NCBI GenBank assembly: GCA_001599295.1
Contig: BCGN01000001.1
Span: 620,001 to 684,000, forward strand
Reading direction: 5' to 3'
DNA length: 64,000 nucleotides
Source of the DNA: Sporopachydermia quercuum
Taxonomy: Eukaryota
The notes under the pieces are model-generated. The model did not search any database and had not been told where the DNA came from. It saw only the letters and a program-made list of their open reading frames with translations. The translations under genes were made by a program, and so were the position numbers. Below are positions 25,171-37,186 of this stretch, in pieces (within the stretch, counting starts at the first letter, position 1; every line of letters begins with the position of its first letter).

Positions 25171-28100
25171 TCATTTGATATCTCTTTGGGCCGAACAGTA
25201 AGCGTCAGAAACCTCAACAGCTTCATAAGTTCCCTGTAGATTTGTAGAAATTCTTAGCTCATACTCGCGAATATCTGAAACAGAATGAACTTCAAATGTT
25301 TCATCAACTCTTCTTTTCTTCTTTTGGATCCTTCTTCTTCTTTTATTGCTGTTATCTTCTTCAGGCTCTGCAGAGTCGTCAACAGAATCTTTTCTAATAT
25401 ATTTTAGTGAAAACGGTGGTGTTCCTGTAAACCGAAAAACCACTTCTGCTTCTCCACCTTCTGAAATCATAGTATTTCCAACAGATACTTCGACTGATGG
25501 CACTTCATGAACAATAACTTCTAGTTCATCACCATTAGAACTGGTACCAGTTTCGAAATCAACAGAACAACTGGATCCAGCATCTGATATACCTACAATT
25601 TCAAATTGACCAGGTGTTGTGGCTAATCTGCTAAACGTATTTCCTTTGACTTGTGCTGATTGCTTAACCCCATTGAATTTATATACAACCTTATAAGGAG
25701 CAATACCACTTAATTGATACTGAACACGATCTCCAACACATATATCTTTACTACTGCCAGCTCTAGAAAGTTTTGGAACATCAGAGACGAAAATTGTGAT
25801 TGCGCTGTTACCTGAAGTTTCGGATCCTTTTATTCTTTCACAACCATAGATATCTGTAATGGACTCTAAAGTAACCAAGTGTTTCCCATAAGATAATCCT
25901 GCATATAACTCAGTCGATGTTCCTTCTGGTTCATCAACCGTGATGTACAAGGAATCTGTTTTACCGCTTTGTTCGTGGAATATAGAGAATTGCAGTTCAA
26001 AAGGTCCTGTACCTTGTAATTTATAGGGAATAGGCTGTAATCCTACTTTCTCAACAAATGAAGAGTCAACTGTTCCATCCGATNGATATTGATTCAATGC
26101 TACTTCTAAATCTCGGCATTGATTAATACATGCTCTAAACCGGCTGTTTTTCTCCGATATTTCACCGTTAGGAAGCTCTCGGATAGTTTGAACAAACGTT
26201 ATTTCGTTTCCATTTAGACGTTTCTTATACCCATCGGAAGAGTACACAGAGTCACTCACACCATTAACAATGTATTTATACACACCAGGTGAGCCAGAGC
26301 CACTTAATCTTAAAGCTGTTCTATCACTCGCTGACGTTTGAGCTCTTTGTTTGCCTACTGATTTACCAGGACCGGCAACAGAATACAAAAGTTCAAAAGG
26401 TGCTGATCCTGTTAACTTGATATCAATAAACTGTTCTGATCCTTGGCACACAGGTTCTAATTTGAGTTCTTTGGCATCACTATTAGCGAGTTGTGTTTTC
26501 AAAGCTTCATCTACTAAACTCCAGCCAGGTTTAGGGACCCATCCAACAGTAATAGTTTCCTCAGATGACAAATTAGTAGAACAATAGCCATCTGATACCG
26601 AGATCAACTTATACTCTCCAGCTTTATTGGCAGTAATCTTTGCAGTTTGTTTTTTGCTACGGAGACGTGCTGCTGCTCCATTAATTTCATATTGTAAATC
26701 CCATGGACCTAACCCTGTAAATCTTATTGGGAGATCAACTGCTTCTCCTTCTAAACCACGAATGATTCCTGAGCCACTAGAGGGAACAAATTTTGCTCTA
26801 GGGACAGCAGCCCTTACTTTGATAATGGTAGAAGAAGTTAATGGTGTTTCACAGCCTCTAGAATCTCCTACCGATAGCAAGGAGATCGTATATTCTGTTC
26901 CAGGTGTCTCCGGTATTATTGTTAGATCATGACTATCTTTTAATATATTATCAATAGTAAACGTTTCCCTTGCTGTTGTTCCCTGTAGGATTTCATAAGT
27001 TAACTTATAGGGAGGTCTGCCTTGGAACAACACTGGAAGTGTAACTTCCGATCCAGGACACGTAGAAAGATGCTTCCTTTCATTAGGGAACCAAGCCATC
27101 GAAAGAACTTCTAATGCTAGGTTAAATTCGTATTCAGGTCCTGATAATGGAACTGGATTAGGGTACTCTCTATCAGCGATAGCATAGAAAACATATGTAT
27201 AATTTCCAGCTTTTGATGGTTTGATTTCATTCAAATCTCTTGGAGTGTTCACAGTACGAATTTCACCATCTAATTGTAAGGCACCGTCTTTATATACTTT
27301 ATGCCATATCGAAAAAGGTGGAGAACCAACAAACGCAGATTGAACTTTCATTCCAACATCTCCTGCACATTTATCTACTATTTTATCAAAGTGGAATGAA
27401 ACCGCTGGTCTTGGAGCCAAGGCTATTTGACATGTGGCTGATTCAGCAATTGATCCTGAACAATAGCCATCATGAACAGACTTCAGCTTATAAACACCTG
27501 GTTCAGAAACCGAAAAGAAACTTTTATGCTTGTTGAGCTTCAATGTTTCACTTCTAGGTTGGGATTGCGAACTTTCACCTTCAGGAATGAATTCAAGCTC
27601 AATAGTATACTCTGAAGCACGATCTCCAGAGTAATATACTTCTAGATCACGTGGATTTGGTTTGCCAGTATCTCTATCCACTGAGAGCTTCAACACGGTT
27701 CCATCTTGACAAGCAGGGAATCGAACTGTAGGTCTGCGATGCACTTGTAATGAATATTTCCGAGGAGATTCATGGAAAGAGTTAGTTTTGGAGTTAGAGC
27801 CCACAGTTGTCTTATCAAAGCGAACTGAATTTCCAAGCCCATCAGCGACAGAGTTTATTGATAAGGTGTATTTTCCAACGTCTTGTAAAGGCAGGGATAA
27901 GTTAAGCTCAGTTGTTTGGCTGAAAGCATATTCAAACTTGGCTTTACTGTTCCAGTGATAGGCCCAGCCATGACCAGTTTGGTATCTCAAGAGAGGAGTA
28001 GCAAACCAATTTTCTGGTTTCAATTCATCTAAAACAATTTCAGTTTCGGTTCCATCAGGGAAGGCTTTAGTATAGTGAACCTCTAATGGTGGAACGCCAG

Positions 28101-29013
28101 TTACTAGGATGTTATAACTATCGGTTTCACCAGAACATCTGTCATGAGATGGATTGAAAGATGAAATCTGAGCAGTAGGACAACTAGGAACTAAGACTTC
28201 TGATCTGAATAATCTTAGCTCTGTTTTATCTTTTCCAATAACTTTAGAGAGAGAATACAGACCTGGTTCCGTAATAGGGACATTAAAATAAGAAAGCTCC
28301 GGTGTATATAACGGATCTTTAGCTTTCAAATCAACTAAGCGTTTTTCAATGCCTGTGAAAAGCTGTACAGATTCTTCTCCAGTTTCTATATCTTTTCTAG
28401 AGACACCAAATGTTCCCGGCTGAGATATATTGAACCTAATGGGGATATAAACATCTTGCAATCCGAGACAGAATGATTCCCCGAAAGGATTGAAAAATGC
28501 TGTACCTTCCGGTCGGATATGTACCACATGACGACCTCGGAAATGTGCTTCTGAGTCGATAACATCTGCTACTTTCACAGGTTCTCCGGATACAGATATT
28601 TCTGGTTGTTGAGCACGGATTCCTATTAAAGGACCGATTATTCCTAAGAAAGAAAAAGGAAGGGCTACGTCAAATGCAAGCATTGCAGTCAATGCATGCA
28701 GCCCCAGAGCTATTACAATAGCTACAAATGGTTTCAAATATAGCTTGGGAACATTCAATCGTTGTAGAATTAGTATGAATAATGAATCAAATAACAGGTA
28801 CTCGAGGAAAAATGCAGCCCTATAAGCTGTGGATGCGTCTGAAGATATCCGGGTGAAATCATAGAATTTCCATGCTTGAATTAACCCAAAAAATGCTACC
28901 GAATAGAGCCTCTGAGATCCGTAATCAAGAATCTCTAATCCAATTGCTGGTGGTCTTTTTGGATCAGGTGTTTCTGGTGCTTTCTTCGCGAACAGGGAAG
29001 ACTGTTGATTCAT
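25171..29013 (-). CDS. POM152: Nuclear pore membrane protein Pom152
   Basis: SQRLY...LIQAWKFYD N-terminal TM region, HFRGRHVVHIRPEGTAFFNP, and repeated Ig-like units with G.PP[FY]...Y and SV.D..C motifs; 1280 aa. Confidence 0.95.
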   Translation of the reverse strand: MNQQSSLFAKKAPETPDPKRPPAIGLEILDYGSQRLYSVAFFGLIQAWKFYDFTRISSDASTAYRAAFFLEYLLFDSLFILILQRLNVPKLYLKPFVAIVIALGLHALTAMLAFDVALPFSFLGIIGPLIGIRAQQPEISVSGEPVKVADVIDSEAHFRGRHVVHIRPEGTAFFNPFGESFCLGLQDVYIPIRFNISQPGTFGVSRKDIETGEESVQLFTGIEKRLVDLKAKDPLYTPELSYFNVPITEPGLYSLSKVIGKDKTELRLFRSEVLVPSCPTAQISSFNPSHDRCSGETDSYNILVTGVPPLEVHYTKAFPDGTETEIVLDELKPENWFATPLLRYQTGHGWAYHWNSKAKFEYAFSQTTELNLSLPLQDVGKYTLSINSVADGLGNSVRFDKTTVGSNSKTNSFHESPRKYSLQVHRRPTVRFPACQDGTVLKLSVDRDTGKPNPRDLEVYYSGDRASEYTIELEFIPEGESSQSQPRSETLKLNKHKSFFSVSEPGVYKLKSVHDGYCSGSIAESATCQIALAPRPAVSFHFDKIVDKCAGDVGMKVQSAFVGSPPFSIWHKVYKDGALQLDGEIRTVNTPRDLNEIKPSKAGNYTYVFYAIADREYPNPVPLSGPEYEFNLALEVLSMAWFPNERKHLSTCPGSEVTLPVLFQGRPPYKLTYEILQGTTARETFTIDNILKDSHDLTIIPETPGTEYTISLLSVGDSRGCETPLTSSTIIKVRAAVPRAKFVPSSGSGIIRGLEGEAVDLPIRFTGLGPWDLQYEINGAAARLRSKKQTAKITANKAGEYKLISVSDGYCSTNLSSEETITVGWVPKPGWSLVDEALKTQLANSDAKELKLEPVCQGSEQFIDIKLTGSAPFELLYSVAGPGKSVGKQRAQTSASDRTALRLSGSGSPGVYKYIVNGVSDSVYSSDGYKKRLNGNEITFVQTIRELPNGEISEKNSRFRACINQCRDLEVALNQYXSDGTVDSSFVEKVGLQPIPYKLQGTGPFELQFSIFHEQSGKTDSLYITVDEPEGTSTELYAGLSYGKHLVTLESITDIYGCERIKGSETSGNSAITIFVSDVPKLSRAGSSKDICVGDRVQYQLSGIAPYKVVYKFNGVKQSAQVKGNTFSRLATTPGQFEIVGISDAGSSCSVDFETGTSSNGDELEVIVHEVPSVEVSVGNTMISEGGEAEVVFRFTGTPPFSLKYIRKDSVDDSAEPEEDNSNKRRRRIQKKKRRVDETFEVHSVSDIREYELRISTNLQGTYEAVEVSDAYCSAQRDIK

Positions 29014-29745
29014 TTCGAATTGGCCAAGAGGTCAGATGCCTTATCTACTGGGAAGTATATTCAAATATGCTTCAGAAGTGATCTGCATCAAATGAATCGA
29101 GTTTTCCAAATGCTGTGAAAGATCAATCAGATCATTGGCTGGAAACGTATATGTGATAATATATGAATGTGTGAACTGTTCGTCATATGCAAAACATATG
29201 ATATGCTATGATTTGCTCAAAAGCTCAAACAAATAAGTCTTTGCTAGCTTTCGATGTTGACAGCTATTTTGCAGGATGTCAATTGCTAGTTTTCCGAGTT
29301 CTCAAGATATGAATCGTACTATTATAAACAATAAACTGTAAAATCAATATCTTTGATCCGCCATAATCAGCCTGGCTACATAGTAGAATAAAAAATACAA
29401 TTGTTAGTAAGTAGTAAACACTGGAGGGCTTGTGGGTGTAGGAAATTAAAGCGGAATTAATACTGAGAACTCGGAGATGATAGTTTCATGGGAAGTTACT
29501 TGGGAAGATAAATGAATATAGTGGAAACGACAATGGCAATCTGCTGTTTAATTCGTTGAACGAAATATTAATATGAAACTACAATAAACCTACGAACTAC
29601 CTCCCAAATTTCATGGCAAATTTATTAGCATTTATTTTGTATAACTGTGTATTTCATGATGAATCATTTACATTATGTGATGTGAGAACAGGCAACAATA
29701 TGCATGTCACTGCAGAGCGATGCAACTATTCAATTGAAGTTCAAC

Positions 29746-31005
29746 CTATTTCTTCACCTTATTTTCTTCAACCCATTCTTCATATGTGGGGTAATCGATA
29801 TAACCTTTCGGATTACCAGCACTATAGAACAAAGGTCTGTTGTACTTAGTAAAAGGATAACCATGTTTTAAACGATAAACTAAATCAGGATTTGAGATGA
29901 ACGGTCTTCCGTAAGCCAAAATGGTTCTGTCAGGATGCTCAGTGATAATTTTCTTAGCCAAACTTTGTTCGTTGTGGAAGTTACCACCACGAACAACGTT
30001 ACCAGACCAAATGCTGTATATAAACTCACAAGAAAATTTCTCATCGTTAGGAGAATCCTTGATGGCGAATTCAGTTCCAACAGCTTCTGGAACGTTTATA
30101 TAGGCAATTCTTTTACTTGGATTAGCTTTGGCAAGTTCCTCTAATTCGCCAATGACGTAGGCGTAATTGCAGAAGGTAGTAGCCTTACTAGCTCCAGTCA
30201 TAGAGTTGAAATCAGTCCATGGAGATAACTTGATACCAACTCTTTCGGCCCCAATTGCATCAGTGCATGCCTCAATGATTTCGAGTATAAATCTAGCTCT
30301 GTTTTCAATAGATCCTCCATATTCGTCAGTACGTTGATTTGAAACAGGATCTAAAAATTGGTTAGGGAGATAACCGTTGGCTGTGTGAAGTTCAACACCG
30401 TCCGCACCAGATGCAATAGCGTTCTTTGCGGCTTGAGCAAAATCCTTGACGTACTGCTTTATCTCTTCAATAGTTAGTTCTTGTAATTCATTTCCCGCAA
30501 CTACAGCTTCTTTCTTTGAGTCTTCTCCAGTGTAAACGGCGGATGNTCCTTTGAATGAATATCCTTCTTCTTTCAAAACAGTTGGTGAGGCAGCTCTACC
30601 AAGAGCCCATAACTGATGGAAGAAAAGCGACCCCTTCTTATGGACACGGTCAATTACCTTTTTCCAACCATCAATTTGTTCCTGATTATATATACCCGGA
30701 ACGAATCCATACCCACCAGCTTGAGGAGAAATGAAAACACCTTCAGAAACAATGAGAATGCCATCAGCAGCTCTTTGTTCATAGTATTGATCATGTAACC
30801 CTTCAACAACATTATGCTCCTTTGAGCCTCTGAATCTAGTCATAGCTGGTAACATAACTCTTGTATTGATACTAAGTGAATCATTCAACTTCAAGGGTTT
30901 GAAAAGAGCTGTATCCTTCAGGCTGTCCTTAGGATCAGCTTCGGGATAAAAGTCTACTTCGACTCTATCCGCAGATTCGTTTGTCTTTTCCCAGTAGTTA
31001 CCCAT
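29746..31005 (-). CDS. OYE2: Old yellow enzyme (NADPH:flavin oxidoreductase, OYE2/3 family)
   Basis: PAMTRFR, QLWALGR, GVELHTANGYL (H/N/Y active site), NQRTDEYGGSIENRARF, YGRPFISNPDLV, GYIDYP; first ATG at 31005. Confidence 0.93.
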   Translation of the reverse strand: MGNYWEKTNESADRVEVDFYPEADPKDSLKDTALFKPLKLNDSLSINTRVMLPAMTRFRGSKEHNVVEGLHDQYYEQRAADGILIVSEGVFISPQAGGYGFVPGIYNQEQIDGWKKVIDRVHKKGSLFFHQLWALGRAASPTVLKEEGYSFKGXSAVYTGEDSKKEAVVAGNELQELTIEEIKQYVKDFAQAAKNAIASGADGVELHTANGYLPNQFLDPVSNQRTDEYGGSIENRARFILEIIEACTDAIGAERVGIKLSPWTDFNSMTGASKATTFCNYAYVIGELEELAKANPSKRIAYINVPEAVGTEFAIKDSPNDEKFSCEFIYSIWSGNVVRGGNFHNEQSLAKKIITEHPDRTILAYGRPFISNPDLVYRLKHGYPFTKYNRPLFYSAGNPKGYIDYPTYEEWVEENKVKK

Positions 31006-31224
31006 CTTGACTCTCAACTGTATACCTCTATATCTATATTACTCTATGAATTCGACGTACGATAGGCAAGCAAAAATTATACTATTCACCAAAAGTATTT
31101 CTACCGGATCCTAATTTTTTGCTATATCAGCATCTATCCTTCTTCCGACAAGGAGAGGATTCCCATCCTGTTATATAGCTTGTGATGCCTTGTAATGGCA
31201 AACTGATTATCCCGTAAAAGAAAA

Positions 31225-31678
31225 TTAGTAATCACTAACAAACTTTAATAATTGATGCGTTCTTTCAAATTCTATGTGTAGAATCAGTGTCCAATTCAAC
31301 AACCGGTTCTTCCTATTATTTCGTTGAGAGTACAACTTAAAACAGGTTATATATGCTCAGTCCAGTCACAGAGTTTGCTCGTTGCAATGCCTATATTTGC
31401 ATGGCATAGACCTATGTTCACTGTGTGCGTACTATGAGAAACTAAGAAACTTATGATTGTATGAATATCAGGGTGAACTAAACACGGTAAACTATTAAAA
31501 AATTACAGATCCTATGAACTGACTAATCAGTCAATTCAATTAGATGGCAAAATTTGGTATGAAAGGGCTTCTTGAAAATCATTTTTTCCTTTGATAGCTG
31601 ATTGAGTGGGAAAGAATTCTCAAGTTTATTGAATAATCTATTGGAATTAGCTTTCATTACTAATACCAATATTAGTAA
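31225..31678. promoter_or_regulatory. Cluster of Yap1-type elements upstream of the OYE gene
   Basis: TTAGTAA 31225-31231, TGACTAA ~31520, TTACTAA 31657-31663, TTAGTAA 31672-31678. Confidence 0.5.
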
Positions 31679-33059
31679 AGATCATCGATTTCTCACACAT
31701 GACAAACCACAGCTCAAAACTGAACAACCTTATTTGAATGGAATAAGTAAGCAGAAAACTTTAATGAAATAAAGGTTTCATCAATTGTAGTTAGTTTTAC
31801 GGTATGGTATTAAGATAAGAAGGCCGAAATAGGAATTACGAAGTGTTGAACCTTAATGATGATTCTTCTTGATCGATGTTCTATTTTCTCTGTTAGATCT
31901 TAATGTATTATTAGCATTATTATGAATTTGAGTATAGTGCTATTTGGATGTGGTTATAGAGCTATATTGAACATTGGATTTAGAAGCTTTGAATGATTTG
32001 GTTTTTGAATTGGTAAATCTCTTGCCAGGTTGACTGATTCGAGAAGTGAGAAACCATTAGTATATACCAGTTGATTTGATTTGATTTGATTTATTTGATT
32101 AATGATTTTCTTAAGATTGAAATAAATGATAATCGCTCAAGAATACTCGAAATCCTAGGTAATCGTATTTCTGAATGATTCTACAACATGGGTCATTCTC
32201 ACCAGAAAAAATAATGGGGAGACACCTTTGCTATGTTTGTCCCCTAACATTTCAATCTATGTGAACCTTACTAGATGTCACTTGAAAGTTGATATTTAAT
32301 TAAATATATTTCAGCGGATTCTTATCAGCTCACTGCTATAAATTTCAGACGTCTGACGTCCATTTTGGTTCTAAATAGAGATCACTAGATGTTATTAGAT
32401 TGCTTTCCAAGTAATTCGTCCGTTTTCTTTGCCAACTCTTAACAAAATTCTATCATTTCAAGCTCTGAGAACTGCTTCTATAATAAGAAGATTTTCAATC
32501 ATCTACAGACAAATGGCATTGAGTATGTACTAGATTATAAATTCTCACTTATACCAATATGGAAGCAGAGAGAAGAACTCACCAAGCACTTTAAACAGAA
32601 TAAAGTTTAAACCGTTGAGAGCTAAACTTTTTCCTTTTAAACCTTAACCTTAGTTCAGATTGTCTAGGTCTCTTTAAATTCATCACACCACAAGGATTTC
32701 AATATTGAACCTCTCATGGGCCTCCTACGATAAAACCGTCTATAACATCCACGCTTTTCTGTTAACAGAAGAAACGAATAAGAGAAATTTCTATTCTGCG
32801 TTATTATATCAGTAGTAAGCGATTCAACACGATAAAGCACTGGCTGAATTCTATTACTAGTAAGCTTGATGAGGAGACAAAGAAATGATTAATATTATTC
32901 TGAAGGTGAAAATGCGAAGTGATAAATGCCCTAAGTTTCAGCAAACAAGATAAGAAAAAGGAAAACGAAAAATCAACGTCCTTTTGTTATTGAAACTGTC
33001 GAATATACTATATTGTAGTATACAAGTTTTTGTCCAAGCGTTGAAACTGTGCTTACTTT

Positions 33060-33200
33060 CCGATAATAATGCATCATTGCTGATTTTTTCTTCTCTTATC
33101 ATTGCTATTGTTATTATTGCTATTATTGTTGTTATTGTTACTGTTATTAGTATTATCATTAATATTATCATTATTGCTGTTGTTACTATGTCTGATGTGA
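33060..33200. repeat. Degenerate (ATT/GTT/GCT)n trinucleotide tract downstream of WHI2
   Basis: attgctattgttattattgctattattgttgttattg...; explains the I/T-rich ORFs listed on both strands. Confidence 0.7.
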
Positions 33201-33336
33201 TTGTAAATGTGGTGTGAGTTTTGAGTGTCAAAAATAAAAAATGAGTGCTAATGTTGTGTCCTTATCAATGCTCCATTGCCATAATCCAGATGTGACCAGC
33301 TATGTTCAAGTGTGATTGAAAATTATTCAGTTACAT

Positions 33337-34343
33337 TCACTGTGTTCCTAAAATAGACTACATAATTCTTTGTTAGTATAAAAATTCCTGATTCAAACCA
33401 CGTTCCCACAAAACCATGTCAAAGAGGCCAAATTACATACCAATTCCAACGTCCACACTCTTCTTATATGCACATGGATCAAATTTCCATCTGAATCAGG
33501 AATATCAGCAACTTTTTCTAAACTCCACCAACACTTTCTAGCTGGTTTCCTCCAAAAGAGTAGTAATTTATGTGATACACTTGTAGTATGTTCCTGTTGT
33601 TCTGGTTGAGCAACACCAGAACTTGGTGCCATATGCTGTTGTGATTTCATTCCTCCTCCTTGTAATGATACTAATGAAAGGGACGTTATAACCGTTTTAC
33701 TTGGCTCTAGTGATCGATGTCCCCATACACCATCTAACGAGAATCCACTTGTACATAACATGTCTAATAAATGATGCTCTGCAGTACCCAGTTCATTGTT
33801 TTTGCCTAATCCTGCAAATACCAGGTTTTGTCCAACCAAATACTCACCAACAGCCTTCTTGATGCCTCTCATTCTCTCTAAATTATAACCTTTTTCAGGT
33901 GGGATGCAATAATAATCTAAATCTTCTCTCAATACAACAATTGATGGTTTCGTCCTTAATACATCTGCATCGTAAGATATTTGTTGGTATTGATCCACCG
34001 TTCCGCCTGGTGTGTCCATATCTACATCCATCGTTGATCCTGCTTTTCTAAACGCGTCCAGCACATATTCAAAGCAGTCAGGAGAGAAATCAACATATAC
34101 AATATCTTCTGGTGTTATATGAGTGATGATATTTCCGGCTGGATCCATAAAAACACCATTCGGAAACAAACAGAGTAATATCGACTCTGGCAACGACATG
34201 AGTTCATCTCTTGTTATAGAAAACATTTGTCCCCTCACATCCATCCTTATATCTCCTTCGTTGTTGTAATCAAATGTATCTGTCATTGGGGCATAATCGC
34301 CACCTTGCGACACCTGCGTGAGGATGGATTCTTTTTCAACCAT
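33337..34343 (-). CDS. WHI2: Whi2 stress-response protein (BTB/POZ-like); exons 34343-33441 and 33357-33337
   Basis: LMSLPESILLCLFPNG, VLREDLDYY, HLLDMLC, KLLLFWRKPARKCWW, HIRRVWTLEL; intron GTATGT...TACTAAC...TAG adds SILGTQ*, restoring the family C-terminus. Confidence 0.93.
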
Positions 34344-35340
34344 TGTGCCAGATTAGGTTGACTTATTTTGCCTTGATTGATAGTATTTTCACTTAGATTA
34401 TACGCTTGAAATCCTCTTTAGAAGTATACCTGCACTTACTGCTGAAGTTAGTTGGGCAGAGAATGGTTTCTTTGTGGGGTCAATAGATATTGATAAAATG
34501 CGACCATTAATTCAGAAGGTTGGGAGATAGACTTCGATACACTGATTGCTTAGACACCGAAATGTCAAATTCGTGTCTTGCTATAGATCTGCTATCAATT
34601 GGACCTTGCTCTACTCCTGTCAGTGTTACTACTGGTTACCAAACAGAGACACTTTTCTTTCAGATTGTAACGATTGAACTTAAGTTTGCATGCACTGAAA
34701 TCTCAAAATTCTTATTCTAAATGTACGTATACTACTATCGATCCCTGATATGCTAATGCTAGCTAGCTATAAAAGTAATAAACATATGAAAGTAGTAGTT
34801 AGTCCTCTACCTAGTGGTTATGGTGTTTATGGGAGAGTTTATTATAGGCCTTTTGGTGGTGGGTAGAATCCATTCTATGACTCAAATGAAGAGACGGCTT
34901 TTGAGGCGATTCTGAAGACCGAAAAGTTTAGCATCAATAGGGTTTTCATGGTGAATAGGTGTTACCAAAGCAGAGAGGCTTGGTCCTAATTAAGTATTAA
35001 TATACGAAAGGGGAAAACCGGAATGAACCAAAGACATTTGGATCTAAAATCGGAGGGCTCTGATATGGGACAGGCTATATTAGTCCCATACTTGACAAAC
35101 ATCAGAACCGAGGCAGAATAGTGAATTATCTACTCTACATACATGAAAAAGGCGTTTTAAAATGAATATAATTGCTTCTTTATTACTATTAGTAATAAAT
35201 CAACAGTGATTTTGAAACCGTTACTAGAATACAGACAAAATAATAAATATACAGATGTTCTGGAGTAGAATCACGACAGGTCAGGCGGTGAGTAAGGTAA
35301 GTAAGTATATAGAGGAAATACAGTAATCTTCCTTAGCTGT

Positions 35341-36833
35341 TCATTCCAAAGTAGACCATTGATTCTCAAGAGCCTGTTGAGCAAGGATCTCTTGTTTAAC
35401 ATCATCATCTACAAGCGACAAAACTTTTGGATCTATCTTACTCAACCCAGTGCGTACAGCATTATTAGGAGTTCTCAGTACTGTTTCAAATGTTACTTTA
35501 CGGGTTCCGTCTCCATTATCAACCTTTTCCCATCTAGCGACATTAGATTGAGTATTCGATGGGACAAATGATATTCCTGTGTAAGGATCAAGCGTACCTT
35601 TTGGATTCAAATTCGCCAATCTTCTTTCTCTCAGTATCCAGTTATATTGTATAGTTGCTGACGCATGCTCAAATAGCCAATTGTCTTCTGTAAGATTGAC
35701 TTTTCTATTTCTTAACTCTTTATTAGCAAATTGAGCTTGCCAGATTTGAGAGCCCTTATTCTCTGTTCCTGCTGCAACAGCATTATTAGCTTTAGGGAAA
35801 ATCTCTTCATCATTAATTGCTGGCTCACCAGGAATATATCCCAATTCTTTTGCTTTATGTTCATAATAGTCGTCATATACTCTTTTCCCATCCACAACAG
35901 CTCGTGATCCAAATTCAACAAAAAACGATTTGGCAGCTAAAGCAGCTACATTTCTTCCTTTATAAGACCGTGGAATCACCTCACTATCGATCAGTAAGTT
36001 TTTCTCGTCTTCTGTCATTAACACTTTATACAAACGTTTATGTCTTTGAAACAGTAGGTAAGAATCTCTGAATCCTGTTGCTCTGGCAGCTTCTGTAGCC
36101 AATACAAATAACTTCTCACCTCTAGACTGTAGCTTGAAAGTAGCTACTTTATATTGACGACCACCTAGCAATTCTCCATTCTCACCAACTTTTTTTTCCC
36201 CTTTTTCATCAACTGGTAAAACGACTTCTCCGTTGATAACTTCCAACGGATTTCCATCATCATCAACAGGTACTGCAACCATATTACGTTTTGCTTTCAA
36301 AGCAGCACGGCCTCTTAACCAAGTACTCTTCCTTCTTTTAGGTTCCTCTCCATCACTATCATCATTCTTTCGNTTCTTAGGTGTTGTTAAGCCTAGAGAC
36401 TCTCTGAATAATGTTGTTTTGTTTTTACTTCCGGGAGGTCTACCACGCTTACGTTTCTTTGGTGTTTCTTCTACAATTTCGTCCTTTTCTTCCAGTTCTT
36501 CAACCTGATCATTACCATCGTTATCACCATCACCATCACCATCACCGTCATTCTCATTCTCATTCTCATTCTCATTCTCATTCTCATTCTCATTCTCATT
36601 CTCATTCTCATTCTCATTCTCATTCTCATTCTCATTTTCATCGTCATCCTCGTCATCTTTGATCCCACTTTCATCTTCATCTCCTCCATCATCATCACCG
36701 AGATCGTCTTCCTGATAATCTTCGTCTTTATCATCATTTCCTTCTATTAATGGCAATGGTTCAGAGTCCAAATCAAGGTCTTGATCGTCATCAACATCGG
36801 CATTATCATCAACTAGATCATCTCCATCTTGTG

Positions 36834-36868
<35 letters not shown>

Positions 36869-37186
36869 CGGTTATGCTCAGATGCATGTTGTGCATCATC
36901 ATCATCATCTCCATCATCACTTAGTCCCCTTCTGATTCTTCTGGTGCTTCTCCTTCTTTCTGTATTGTTACCAGTTGAACTAGCTGCACTCGCTAAATAT
37001 ACATTTGTTAGTATGCTAAAACTTGAGATCAGCAGTGTCTATCCTTCTACTATTTTTGTTACCGCAAGGTTTATATCAATTGCTATTTTGTTGTACTTCA
37101 TATTTCCCTATAATCCAAGAACCACACGTTTGATTCCTAAAAAACAACCAATTCTACATACCGTGTCTTGTGGACCTTCGTGCCAT
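35341..37186 (-). CDS. NPL6: RSC chromatin-remodelling subunit Npl6/Rsc7; exons 37186-37162 and 36992-35341 (558 aa)
   Basis: GEKKV..NGELLGGRQY, LATEAARATGFRDSYLLF, AKSFFVEFGSRAVVDGKRVYDDYYE; AT-hook KRGRPPGSKNK; intron GTATGT...TACTAAC...TAG in phase 1. Confidence 0.9.
36548..36631. repeat. Coding hexanucleotide microsatellite (TCATTC)14 encoding a Glu-Asn repeat in NPL6
   Basis: 14 perfect units read directly; (CAT)n poly-Asp tract nearby at ~36833-36867. Confidence 0.95.

Noticed and set aside
30940..31005. N-myristoylation signal at the OYE N-terminus (MGNYWEK)
   Set aside because: Glu at position 6 is unfavourable; evidence is insufficient.
32630..32655. AAACCTTAACCTTAG as a telomere repeat or telomerase template
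   Set aside because: Only about two units, the species' telomere repeat is unknown, and no other telomerase RNA features were seen.
32938..33231. I/T-rich ORFs on both strands
   Set aside because: Products of the trinucleotide repeat tract.
36411..36935. His-rich, HS-repeat and MR-repeat ORFs
   Set aside because: Antisense or off-frame readings of the NPL6 microsatellites.
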